NCBI GenBank assembly: GCA_045837725.1
Contig: JBEWZL010000095.1
Coordinates: 62,001-126,000, forward strand
Direction: 5' to 3'
From: Vermamoeba vermiformis
Taxonomy: Eukaryota
DNA length: 64,000 bases
Below, one piece after another: positions 50,177 to 62,363 of the stretch. The position numbers and the translations under genes were made by a program. The notes beneath the pieces are model-generated. The model had not been told where the DNA came from and searched no databases. It saw nothing but the letters and a program-made list of their open reading frames with translations. Each line of letters opens with the position of its first letter. Position 1 is the stretch's first letter.

Positions 50177-50892
50177 ATGTAAGTATTAACTATTAACTAG
50201 AATGACTTTTGTCTCTTTGGAATTTGTCTAATCTGCGCTGCGGTGCTTGACAGGCCGAAGTTGCCCCCGAACAACATTATCTCAGGCGACAATGCGCTGA
50301 AGACACACGGCATTTGGACGCAGACCATATCAGGCAGCAACAACAACAATCACGCTCCTGGTCCTGCAACGCATGGTCCCACTTTGACTAGACAACACTT
50401 CACTCCGCGCAGCAACGAGTCTGTAACGCGCGGTGGATGCAAGAAATGTGGTGCAGGTAATTATCCAGTACTTATTATTTATAACGCATAATAATACGAT
50501 TTTTTATTCAATTTCGCTGATTTATTGCAAATTTAAAAAAATTAGCCGTTTTTCGTTTGGAATTGAAGTTCAAGGTATTAATGTATTAAATAGCGGGCCA
50601 TTTAAGCTTTCAATGCCGTAATTATTTGACCATTCCCGAGCCCGAAGAGAAATCCAGATCCGAGAAAGAAGCAGATGAGGTCTCCCGTGAAGACAAAGAA
50701 AGGAGAGAAAAGTCGCGCAAAAGAAAGCGGTCGTACAGCAGCTCTTCGTCCTCTGATAGCAGTGACAGCGAATCTGACAGCAGTCGCGAAGAACGACGCA
50801 AAGAAAAGAAGGAGAAGCGCAAAGAGAAGCGACGACACAAAGACAAGAAGCACAAGAAAAAACATAAGAAGCGAAGAAAGGACAAGAGTTAA
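50177..50892 (+). CDS. Zinc-knuckle splicing-regulator-like protein (CXIP4/SREK1IP1-like)
   Basis: ALKTHGIW, then RGGCKKCGA|AGHLSFQCRNYL (CCHC), then a Ser- and Lys/Arg-rich tail. The start codon is split as AT|G. Confidence 0.8.
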
Positions 50893-51170
50893 TTAAGAGC
50901 TCTAGTAGTGTTAAGGATCTGGATCTGATCCAAGTTGATTTGTATTATATGTTGTAAATCAATTCGAGATATTGTAGCACGAATGCATAGTAATATAGTG
51001 TACGTTGTTATTGCAAAAGTACTGCGATCTGTTTCGCGAGAGGCTGGAGGTAAAATATCGGTTCAATTTCAAATCGGACCTCGCAAGGAGCACCACACCA
51101 GCTAGTTAATTTATGTACATTGCATTATCTCATATACCTATTTATTTGTAAATAACGTGCCTACTCAAAA

Positions 51171-52158
51171 ATGCAATCGGATCAAGTAAGTTGCAATAGA
51201 TCAGAATCTTTCACAATATTAATCGCGATATTTAACTTCAGAATATCATATACTATCATATTTTACGTATTACTTTCAGATACTCACTCAATTATGATTT
51301 TGCCGCCTTTTTTTCAATCAATTTTTTAAATCGGCAAGTCAAAATATTTATTATTCTGCGTTTCTACTGCCTAATTGTAATTGAATTAATACCGCTAACA
51401 GCAAGAGATCGAAGAGCTAAGAGAGCAGATACAGAAGTTGAAATGCGATAAAGATCTGTTACTTCAAAGCAAGGTACTGTTTTTAATTGTCGTATCAAAC
51501 GCGCTCTGACACCTCACAGAATGAGCTCAAAGAACAGTTGGATGCAGCTAAACAAGAGAACAGCTTTTTGACGAATAAGATCAACATGTTCGAACAGACC
51601 TTTCAAACCGTGCAGCAAGAGTGGGACAAGGAGAAAGAGGACATGAAGCGACAAATCAATCACCTCACGCACCGGGATCAGCACTTTCAGCATGAGATCC
51701 GCAAGAAAGAGCACGAGTACAACAAGCTCAAAGACAAAGTCAATCTGCTCTTTACTGCGCGCACTGGCCAAACAGCGCCGAAGAAGACGACGATCAGCTA
51801 CGAGTCGCTGGAGAACTTGAGCTACGAGCACGACGAGCTGTTCAAGTCCCTCATTACGCAGTTGGAGGCCGAACAGCGCGCACTGCAGCACGAATGTCGC
51901 GCCACTGACCAGGCCATGACTGAACTCGAACTGCAGGTCACTCGCGCACTCAAGATTGAAGAACGCGATGCAGAGCAGCGATTGGCACGCGTCAAACAAG
52001 AACTGACACGTGTCAGCGAGATGAAGCGCGACGAACAAGAGCAGCTGCTCGCACAACTGGCGCAGTATCAAGCGATCATACGCGAGCAGGACAAGTTGTT
52101 GCAGCTCGCCACGAGTCCTCAACTCACCGTGCACAGTGCTGTCATCGAGCGACAGTAG
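51171..52158 (+). CDS. Coiled-coil protein, ADIP/SSX2IP (Msd1)-like
   Basis: QHFQHEIRKKEHEYNKLKDKV resembles the conserved ADIP segment. Three exons join in phase. Confidence 0.6.
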
Positions 52159-52283
52159 GGGGTGTTGTAATTGATGTAAATAGTAAACTGAATGGTGTTG
52201 AATGCACTTGCAATCTGATGATTTAATGGGTATATAATTACAAAACGCTTTTTACAAGGAAGATGAGAATAAATAAAACAGGC

Positions 52284-55200
52284 TTATTTGAGCTGCGCGG
52301 TGAGTTTGTCCAGCTCGGCTAAAATCTCCGAATTAAATATGGCTTGATTGAACAGCTCTTGAATCAAGCGACGGTGCTTCAATCGGAACTTGTAAAATGT
52401 GACCAATCGGAACACATCCAACAAGACACGTGGGCTCTTGAACTCGTCCGCGTGACTTGCTTTGCTCTTAAGTCGCTTCAGAGCGCGGAATGACTTGTCT
52501 GCAGTCACCAAGTTTGACATCTGTGACACCAGGGTCAAGATCTCACTGCCCGCTGCACTCAGACCGCTGAGGCCAGGTGTGAATTTGAGCGGTGCGAGCA
52601 CTGTGCCGGTGACAGGTGTGTCGGCAGGCAGTGTGAACAGCTTGGTCTTGCTCACATTCACGGGCAGGGCAACGCGTGTCTCGAGGTCGTGCAAGTTAGA
52701 GGTCTCCCAGCCCAGCGACAACAACAGCTCGCGACTGGCTGACTGAGTGGTGAGTGTGCCGAGCACCATGAATGCTGTGCCGCGCAGTGAGGGACAGTCC
52801 GAGTGTTCAGCGAGATCTATCACCAGTGTCACAAAGCGTGTCAGATCCAACAACTTGCTGCCACTCTCTGAAGAGCCAATGTGCCCCAGTGCCCAGAGTG
52901 CACCGCGCTTCTTGATGGAGTCCGAGGCCACTTGCTCGCTGCTCAAGATCTGCAGCAGTTGTGCAGTGTAGCCGCCCTGGCGAATGAGTTCACAGCCCTG
53001 GTCAGTCTTGGCGAGTTCACCGAACAAGTGTGGTGGCACCAAGACCTCGCCCTCGGGATTGAAGTTGGTCGGGTCTTGCAGAATGGTGTGCGTGAGGGGC
53101 TTGGTGAGCACTGCTTGCATCTTTTTCTCGAGGGCCAGCACGTACTGATCGTTCTCGCTCTCCATCCACCGCTTCATCTGCGGGGCTACAAAGTCTATTT
53201 TTAGCAGTTTGTTCAGTCCCTTGGTGGTACTGAGCAGTCGAATCAGCAGTGACGTGCCCATGGTGCCCATGGCGACGAGTGCCTTGACGTCCACAGGGGC
53301 CGCAGGAGTGTCGAGCAGATCAATCAGCTTGTCGAGACAGGTCGTGTGATCAATGGCCTCGTCTAAGATCTGATGCACGGGAGCTCTGATCTTCACGTCT
53401 GTGTCCAGCAGCTTGGTCAGCAGCAGTTCAATGCCCCATTCACTGAATGCACGTGGCTTAGCGTGCAGTTGAGTGCGCAAATGTTTCACGGCAAAGTACT
53501 TGACGACGGTGCTGCTGCTGGCCAATATCTTGCGAATAATCTCCAGGGCCTCGTTGGTGCTCGAGGAGAGATTGGCCGCGTTGCTGTTGGTCACAGCTTG
53601 CAGCAGCGGTGTGTCGCGACTCGTGCGCGGTGTGTGCATCACGGGATCAGCTGCTTGAGGCATCGCGAGCACGGCACTGTTGTAGTCAATGTTGGTCAGC
53701 ACGAGCCGAATCAAGTCGTCGCGGCCCTCGAGCTCGCAGATCTGTTGCAGGGCCTTGAACAGCTTGTGCTTCTTGAGCACCTCTTGGCCGCGGTAGGAGC
53801 GCGTGAGTATGCCGATGAGCGAGAAGTACTCGCGACTCAGTGTCTTGAGCAGCGAATTGCGACTCAACAGCGGCTCCTCGGTGTTGCTCGGCGTGTTGGT
53901 CATGTGCGTGTGTTCTTTGAGCAGCAGCTTGTACTCGTCCTCGAACAGCTGCGCGAGACACTTCAAGAACGAGTGCTCTTGCAAGAACACGCGTCCTGCA
54001 TCGTGCTCGACCAGCACTTCCATCACCAGCTGGGCCACGCGCACGTAGATCGAGGTGTCGTTGCTGCTCGCGGAGCGCAGTTTGCTGAACAAGTGCTTCT
54101 GCGGCTTGAGGAAGGAGAGCAGGCGCTTGTACCACTTGGTCTTGAGGGCCAGCTGCAGCAGCGTGGGATTGCGCATCGGTCCCTCGAGCAACTCGTGCAC
54201 CAAGTCCCACTTCCACTTGTCGTACTCCTTGCTCGGCACCAGCGTCACTGCCGTCTCTTTGATGCGCACTAAGAACGCTGTCTCGTCCATCTGCCACTCC
54301 ATCTTGCGCTTCACTTCACTCACGCGATCCAGACGCGCGCTGGTCGAGTCACGTGGATCAGTGCCCTGTGGCAGTGTGCCACCCTTGATGTCATCCGCCC
54401 GTCCACCAATGCTGCCACGCCGTTGATGCGTGCTGGGCGAGGACAGACCCGGCCCTGGCAGTGTGGCAGGTGTGCTGGGTGCGGTGATGGAGCTGTACAA
54501 CACACTGTCGCGCGCACTCTTCAGCGAGGTCCACTTGTGCAGCACTGACACCGCGGTGAGTATTGCATTGACACATTAGCTATATATGTATATATTCATG
54601 TCACGTACCTGACACCATGCCACTGGCTCGTTCTCGATCACGCACGCGCTCGCGCTCCTCTTCCTTCTCCTCCAAGTCCTGCGCACTCTGATCAGCCTGC
54701 TCGTCACTCCACTTGGGGGCACGGAACATGATGGCACGCTGCACCAGTGTGGGCAGTTGTTGCAGTCGCGCGCAGGTGTGCGGTGAGAGCAAGCGATTGG
54801 AGAGGTGCAACAACTCGCCGAGCAGCACAGTGACCTTGGTGTAGACTGTTCTGAAGGGTGTCATGCCCGTGTACTCGTGCGTGGGTGTGGCCGCGAGCAG
54901 CGCGACTGAGGCCTGGTGTTGCAGCACTTGATTGCCGAGCAGAATGAGCTGTTCAATCAGGCCGTGCTGCACCATCACTGACAGCATGCACGCCGTGTAG
55001 TTCCACAGCAGATTCATGCGGTAGCGCGGTCGCAGTGAGGCAGCGAGGGCATCAGCGTCAGGTCCGAGTTCAGCCACGGTGCTGGTCTGCGACGGATCTG
55101 CATTGAAGCCCATCAGTCCGCCCAGTCTGCGGTCCAGGGCCTGTCCGCTGTTGAGCAGGGGGATGCGGAACACCTCGTAGAAGAGATCGAGCAGTGCGTG

Positions 55201-56572
55201 CAGCGTGTTGAGCGAGGGGTGGTGCGTGTGATTGTACGTGAGGGCGGTGATCAGCGAGGCCAGGCCCTGGGGGTGCGTGCACAGTGCCAGCAGTCCGGGC
55301 CAGTAGCGCAGCAGATAACTCACGGCACGACACGTCTCGATCCAGCCCTGCGGACAGGTGGCAGCGGCGTTGGTGGTGGTGCTGGCCTCGTTCTTGTCGC
55401 CCCCTGCACTCGGCTCCTTGTTGCTGGCGGGCTTGAAGGTCTCGCGCAGTGGATCGGTGAGGGGTGCGAGCAGTATGCCGAGGTCGAGTGCGGGGGTCAT
55501 GAGTGCTCTGGTGCGCGGATGATTCAGCCACACCAGCAGCACGGTCAGCAGCAGTTGTTGGATCGGCAAGAAGTGCGCATCCACCACTGCATTCAACACC
55601 GTGCGCACCACTCCGAGCTCACTCAGCATGTGTGGACTGCACAACATGGCTTCACCGATCAGTTCACAGCTCACCAGGGCTAGCGGATCGCGTTCCGGAC
55701 CAGTGCTGTCAACCACTGCTTGGAGTGAGGCAAATACTGCGCGGGGCAGCACGCACTCACTCGCTGGTGGCACTGTGCCATTAGGACGTGGACTCTGTGG
55801 CTTAGCAACACTGCCACTCGTGTTCAGTGCTGGGCGCGTTGGGCTGGATGTAGTGACGCGCGGACTGTTCGTTGCAGAGCCAGGACCACTGCTAGTAGTG
55901 CCGCTGAGGAGTGCGGAGTAGCTGTCGATCATCGCGCGCACGACTTTAATTGCCTCCAATCGCTCGCCTTCAGTGTCTTCACCGCGCTCGATCGAACTGA
56001 CAGCAGATTAGTGCTGGGTCGTGTATTTGACATGAATCAACGCTACTTACAATGCTATGTACTTGTCAATATTGTATTGCTCCAGCTTGGGTGTCAGTTG
56101 CGCATCTCGGATCGCAAGGTGTCGTACAGCTTTCAAACCCACGACACGATTGCTCCGCACTGGATCGACCAGAAATAATCGCAAGCTACATCATCGCGAT
56201 TAACAATGCCCAATATATGCAACCAACGCGTTACTTACACCTGCAGGAACTCATCTATTGGAAACTTGGCGTAAAAATCTTTGAGATCAAGCTTGCTGCC
56301 GAGTTTAGCCACCGTTTTAACGTGCTTGAATTTATCGCGCAGTGGCACATCTGATCGCAGGACTGATATGGCCTCTTGCAATTGTGCGGCTGTAATAGTC
56401 GTTATTAAATTGTAATAATAAGTTGAAATTTATTCTCGTCTGATCGAGAGGAATATTCAGAAATTTGCATTCATTGTAGTATATATGATGCATATGTAAT
56501 TTAAATAATATAAATTGATCATATTAATATTGTTGGTGTGATTGAGTTGTTGGATGTACCTTCGTCGCTCAT
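52284..56572 (-). CDS. RICTOR: TORC2 subunit Rictor/Pianissimo/Avo3
   Basis: Motifs ERLEAIKVVR, LLRYWPGL, KWKWDLVHELLEGP, KRLLSFLKP, WGIELLLTKL, PPHLFGELAKTDQG, ALWALGHIGS and SLRGTAF. Confidence 0.93.
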
Positions 56573-56777
56573 TATTGAACAACCGTAATTATAATTGCTG
56601 TGTAATTATAGGGCCATGTCCTATGACCAGTACGAGTGACTGTCAATGCACTGGTCGCGTATTAATCAATATATCAATCGTAATTGAACTGATTTTTTTG
56701 TCACCGCAAATTTCACTTCAGATTTTTATTGATAAAACGCCTATAATACAACACACTAGGGGCGAGAGACACGCCAC

Positions 56778-57852
56778 TCATTCGATCGCATTCAACTGCA
56801 GTTCGTTCACACTGCGCGAGAGTTGTTCTTCGAGGTCTAGCAGCTCTTGTTTAGCCTCTTCAATCTTCACTTGCGCTAAGGTCAGATCCTGCCCATCAAA
56901 CTGTCAATAATGGCGCGACACACTAGTATAATACTCACAGGAGGCAGTTGATGGTAGCCTTTGAGCAGACCGAGCTTGGGCGCAGTTTCTTGTTTGATCC
57001 GCACGAGTTCAGTGTGCATCTGCTTGAGACTCTGATGATACAGCTCAGGTGTGACGCCAGTGCCCTTCAACTGCTCCTTCAGCTTGCCGAGGGTCTGTTC
57101 GTACTCCTGGCTCTTGCTCTCGAGGTACTTCAAGTTCTTCAAGCGGTTTTGTACCGTGCTCAGCTGATTCGCTTGTGCCTCTTCGAGCTGCTGCAGCAAT
57201 CTAACGCAATGCGTGAGTAGGGATGCTGTGCGACTAATATACTCACTTTTTGGCGTGCGTAAAGTCTTCCAGTGCGGTCTTGCTTTGTGTTTGCAAATAG
57301 TTCAGATGTTGCTCGAGGTCAGTTTTGAAGCGGATCTGCTCTGAATGTTCACTGCGCTGCTGGTATAGGCTCGATACGAGTACTGTAAGAGTGCAGTTGT
57401 GTGCTCCGAGCTAAATACAACGTTAATTTGACTTATTAACAGCTAATTCATCCACGTACCAAGACAGTCAGATGTGCTAACAGTTCACTCAGCTCAAACA
57501 CGCGCTGATAAGGTGATTGATATGTATTGGTATTGCCAGTGGCTATTTTATCGCGCTTCAGTCCCAATCCTTCGAGCAGCTTCTCTTTTCTATTCGCTGC
57601 AATAAATCATTAATTTTAATTAGATCGCCTCTGTAACTCACCTTCATCTTGATATTCCTGGGCGAGCCTATTGTTGTTATTTATGATGATTTGTTGTTCG
57701 TGATTACGTCGCTTGTTCTTGAGTGCCAGTTCATACAAAGCAGATACAGTTTGATCGTTGATCTCAAATTCTGGCACTGCGCGGTCTTTGAACACCGTTT
57801 TCAACCAACTGGTAACTACAGTTAGTTTGCTATCATATCCAATCTCTGACAT
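56778..57852 (-). CDS. HAUS1: Augmin/HAUS complex subunit 1
   Basis: N-terminal WLKTVFKDRAVPEFEIN...EYQDE; C-terminal YHQLPP|DLTLAQVKIEEAKQEL. Confidence 0.85.
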
Positions 57853-57897
57853 GGTGCTGTGGTGTGATAAATTTAAATTAATGATCAAAGCAGAAAA

Positions 57898-57907
57898 GGC
57901 GCGAAAA
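57898..57907. promoter_or_regulatory. E2F-like site GGCGCGAAAA in the HAUS1/kinesin bidirectional promoter
   Basis: Matches TTTCGCGCC on the minus strand within the 174-bp gap between the divergent ATGs. Similar sites occur at 4438 and 25238. Confidence 0.35.
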
Positions 57908-58026
57908 ATACGGGCCCCACGCGAACATTTTCGTGTCGAACAGCGAGTCAATTCTTAGTTCACGATCAACGCGTCAAACAATAACTGTAATACAGTACCA
58001 GACCTAATGATCAGCAAGCAGTTCGG

Positions 58027-61000
58027 ATGTTGAAATTAGATGGGCTCTCAAGTCAAGACTCCGCAGTGCGTGTCGTGCTGCGGTTTCGACCAACTGAAAA
58101 ATCAAGTTCAAATTTTTTAAAAATAGACAAAGACAAGCAAACAGTGCACATCAGCACCGAACTACCAGCTACGGTAAAAGTCAGTCGGGATCTGCCGATA
58201 ATTTTCATTATTTTTTTAAAATCACTCAAAATTAATCGATCCCTACATAGCGATTCAATTACTTTAAAAACTAATATTATTTTATTTTAAGACTCACTCG
58301 CGACGTCATTCGATAAGCACCACTACCAAAACTGATTTTCATCGTTTTGTATTTGACCGTGTATTCGCAGAGACCGCTACACAAGAAGAAGTACGCATCG
58401 CACATATACAATAAGACTAGGCAGGACACTAACAGTACTGTTGACAGGTGTACAATGAAACTGCCGCGCCCCTCGTGGATGGTGAGTGACACGCAAGACA
58501 TTTCTTGAGACCAGCGACTAATAGCAGGCCATTCATATAGACATCCTGCGCGGATTCAATGCGACTATATTCGCGTACGGCCAGACAGGGTCAGGCAAGA
58601 CGTACACTATGCAAGGCCCCTCGATCGAGGACCCCGCGCACCAAGGTCTGTGTCCGCGCCTGATCACACATCTGTTTGATCGCATTGAAGAGATGAAGAC
58701 CAACAAGGACGTCGAGCTCATATTGAAAGTGAACTGCATTGAGATCTATCAAGAGCGCATCAACGACCTCTTGGATCGCACGCGTGAAAATTTAAGGCTG
58801 CGTCACCACCAAACACGCGGCTTTTACGTGGAGAAGTGTTCGGAGATCTACGTGAACAGTGCGCGCGATGTGATTGAGCTGATGAAGCGTGGATTTGGCA
58901 ACAGACGCACGGCCTCGACGAACATGAATGCCGAGAGCAGTCGCAGTCACAGCATCTTCATCCTGCACCTGACGCAGCAGCACTTGAACAAAGAGATCAA
59001 CAGTCGACTCATTTTGATTGACTTGGCTGGCTCTGAAAAGGTAGGCAATTTTCTGTGCAGACTTATCTTTGCAATCATTTTTCGTTGGTGGCACGCTTGT
59101 TCACTGAACGACGTGTCATCTGTATGTAACTCGTAGTATACACCGCTTAGAGGACGATACTGACGTGAGTTTTTTGCGATGGTTATATTTATTACTATAA
59201 ACAGGTGAGCAAAACAGGCGCTGAAGGCCAAACACTGGAGGAGGCCAAGACGATCAACAAGTCGCTCCTCACCCTCGGCAACGTCATCAACGCGCTCACT
59301 GAAAAGAATGTACGTGCGAGTCACTGAATGACACCTGTCACTCGAATCACGTGATCTCATTGGTTGTTTGTCACAGACCTTTGTGCCCTACAGAGACAGT
59401 GCGCTGACCTTGCTGTTGAAAGAGTCGCTCGGTGGTAACTCCAAGACGACGCTGATCGTGAACTGTTCGATGGACGCGTACAATGCCAGCGAGACACTCA
59501 ACACGATGCGATTCGGTCAGCGCGCCAAGCGTATTGAGAACAAGCCCAAGATCAACATGGAACAGACTGTCGGCGAACTCAAGCAGCAACTGGAAGCCGT
59601 GCAGCACGAGTACAGGTCTGTATTTGACACGTGTCACTCCCCGAGTGCATCGACTGACAGGTTGACAGTGCACTGCTGCTCCACAACAGAATTCTGTCGC
59701 TGCTGTCACTCACCAGGGCTGAGTTCACACCGCGCGAGCACGTGATTCACTGGCCAATCGAGGACTCGGCGGAGAGAACACGTGATCCACGCCCTAGTGC
59801 CACTGTCAGTCACGTGCTCGAGATGCCAATGCCGCCCTGGGCACCGGTCTCGTGGCCCGCGACACCACGTGGCCCTGTCACACCACGTAATGAGCCTGAG
59901 CCAGTGTCTATTATTCCGCCGGACTTGTCACGAGTTATTCCGCCACCACTTGTGATTGGTGCGCTATCAAAGAGCACGTTCGGTGAAGAGAGAGATGTCA
60001 AAGTGCGACCTCCGCAGATCAGTGCTGCAAATCCGTTCAATCCACCAGGGCTCTCTGCTGCCATGTGGAACGATCACGTGACATTCGACGATACACCCAA
60101 TGCCACGTGGCAGGATCTTCGAGAGCAGCCAGATCGAGAATTCAATTCTCCGACAGCAGTGCCAGCACAGATCACGTGTCAAGCACCGCCAATGATGCAG
60201 TTTGAGGAAGAAGTGACTGAACCCGAAGAGGATCTAAAAATAGTGCTAGAACGACGCAACAGTTCGCTAAAAAAGGAAATGGAATCTTTGCAACGAAACA
60301 AGTCGAAAGAGGCCGAAGAATTGCAGGCAAAATTGACAGAACAGCAAAGACTGGTCGAAGAGTTGCAAAAGCAATTACTCTCCGCACGGAGATCTCGTTC
60401 ACTGATTGGCCACGTGATCTACAACGCTTTGCTCGTGGTCTTGGTGGCACTTGTGTTCGCAGCTGGCGTGTATCTCGCGCCAAATATAGATCCTTCGCTC
60501 ACCTCGTGCAGTGACACGTCACGTGTGTTTAGTTACGACATCTACTTTGACACATTGGGTCTGACACCTTCAGCCTCAAGTCACGTGGTCAAACAGCGGT
60601 ATCGAGAGCTCTTGCTGCAACTGTAAGCTATTTTTAGCCCCCACGTGCTCTTCTAACATGTCTTGTTTAGACATCCGGACAAAAATCCGCACTGCGATGA
60701 CGCGTGTCATAATCAACTTCACAACGTGAAATTTTCCTATGACGTGCTGTCACTCGCAAAGTTTCCCAAAGATAGCATTGATGACAAGGCTGTGGAATGT
60801 CAATGTGCCACCTGTCCTGAAGTCCAATGTCCGGAGGCTGTTAAGTGTCCCGAACCCGTCACGTGTCAATGTCCGACTCCCGCGGAGTGCCCCTCAACGA
60901 CCTCTACGGAGTGTCACTGTCCACAACTCACATGTCCTGATCCTGTCACGTGTCAATGTCCGGAGTCTGTTAAGTGCCCTGAACCAGTCGCGTGTCAATG

Positions 61001-62264
61001 TCCGACTCCTACCGAGTGTCAATGTCCAGCCCCCGTGGATTGCGACAAGTCACGTGAAGAGTCCCTGGCAGAGCTAAATATAGTGCTGCGCGAGTCACTT
61101 GAAAGCTGTCAACGTCAAGTCAAGCACTGTCAAGAACAGCTCATTCATGAACAAAGTGTCGTACGTGACTTGGAGCTAAAAATAGAACAGTTCCAGCCCA
61201 CCGTCGTGGTGGTGCAAGAATCTCGTCCGGAGATCGCAGTGCCCGACTGGAAAGAAGACAGTTCGCTGCAGTGGATGTTGGAAGAGGAGAAGAAGAAGCA
61301 GCTCGGACTGATCACCACGCACTACCACTTCACGTACTGGCACACTGCCACCGAGCACTCGGACAGACTCGATCACCTCGCTGCTGGACTCAACGACGCA
61401 CTGAAAGTGAACGCTGAGTTCCATTCACGAATGCGAGCGAGTGACGGAGAAGACGCGGAGATGACTGCCAAATATGGCATTAACGCTGACCAGCCGTACG
61501 TGGTGGCTGAGACAACCATAACGATCGTGTCACGTGACGATGAACAGCAGCAACAAATGAAGACTGTCATGACTTTCCCTGGGCCGTTCTCCGACCAAAC
61601 ATTCCAGCAATTATTGCACAATTTCCTTAATTGGCAAGCATCGGAACATATCCTGCTCGGAGATTTCGATACATTGCCATGTTTGTCCACAGGAGCACGT
61701 GCTCAGCAGTACTGCGTGATCATGATGGCAGACACTATGTCGCGCAGCAGTTTTGATCTGGGCTCGCGCATCTTGAAGTACTTGGAACTCACTTCGCAAT
61801 TCACTGAACGAAGTGTCAATCTGCCACCCGACGTCGAGTTTGCATTCCGTCTCATTGACACAGGCCGCAAAGAGAGTCTCTACGACCACATGTCCCGCGA
61901 TCTCGAGCTCGTGTCCAATGCACACATGCAGCTGCATCACCAGCTGATTGTAGTCTCGCTGCACACGGCACAGTTCTGGCAGTACGATCGACCACTCACC
62001 TTCCAGCGTGCCACCGACTACCCGGCACTGCGCACGTGGTTCAACAAGATTGTGCGCGCGATTGAGCGGGGACAAGACGAGGACAGTGCTGACAAATCGG
62101 AGCGAGTGCCCGCAGAGCCCGCGAAGGTAGATCTGGCGCTGATCGAGTACACACGCCGTCGTCACTCGCCTGTGAGCACAGTGGTCTCGTACGGTGTGAC
62201 GATAGGCCTCGCAGTCAACTTCTTGTTGCGCCTCACTCGCCGTGCCCTGCAATTGCTGGGCTAA
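58027..62264 (+). CDS. N-terminal kinesin motor fused to coiled coil, TM helix, J-domain (HPD), Cys-rich repeats and a DNAJC16-like region
   Basis: Motor motifs [26 protein letters not shown] and [14 protein letters not shown]. In-phase splices EYS(AG|gtctgt..acag|T) and L|HPD(CT|gtaagc..ttag|A) give one continuous frame. Confidence 0.75.
60796..61046 (+). repeat. Cys-Pro-rich peptide repeats (CPEPVTCQC-like) within the kinesin fusion
   Basis: Recurring tgtcaatgtccg and aagtg(t/c)cc.gaacc units; translation [21 protein letters not shown]...[23 protein letters not shown]. Confidence 0.85.
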
Positions 62265-62363
62265 GCTCACTTGTAATTAGCTTTGTAAATAGTTTCGAAT
62301 GGGTTTAATAAATACGCGTTGAACTCAATCAACAACAAAATTGAACAATAAATACAAGGCAGT

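Noticed and set aside
52462-55921. Many long antisense ORFs over RICTOR (also over NOP2, RhoGEF and PIPK)
   Set aside because: These are shadow ORFs caused by GC-rich codon bias and low-complexity coding on the other strand; they carry no recognisable motifs.
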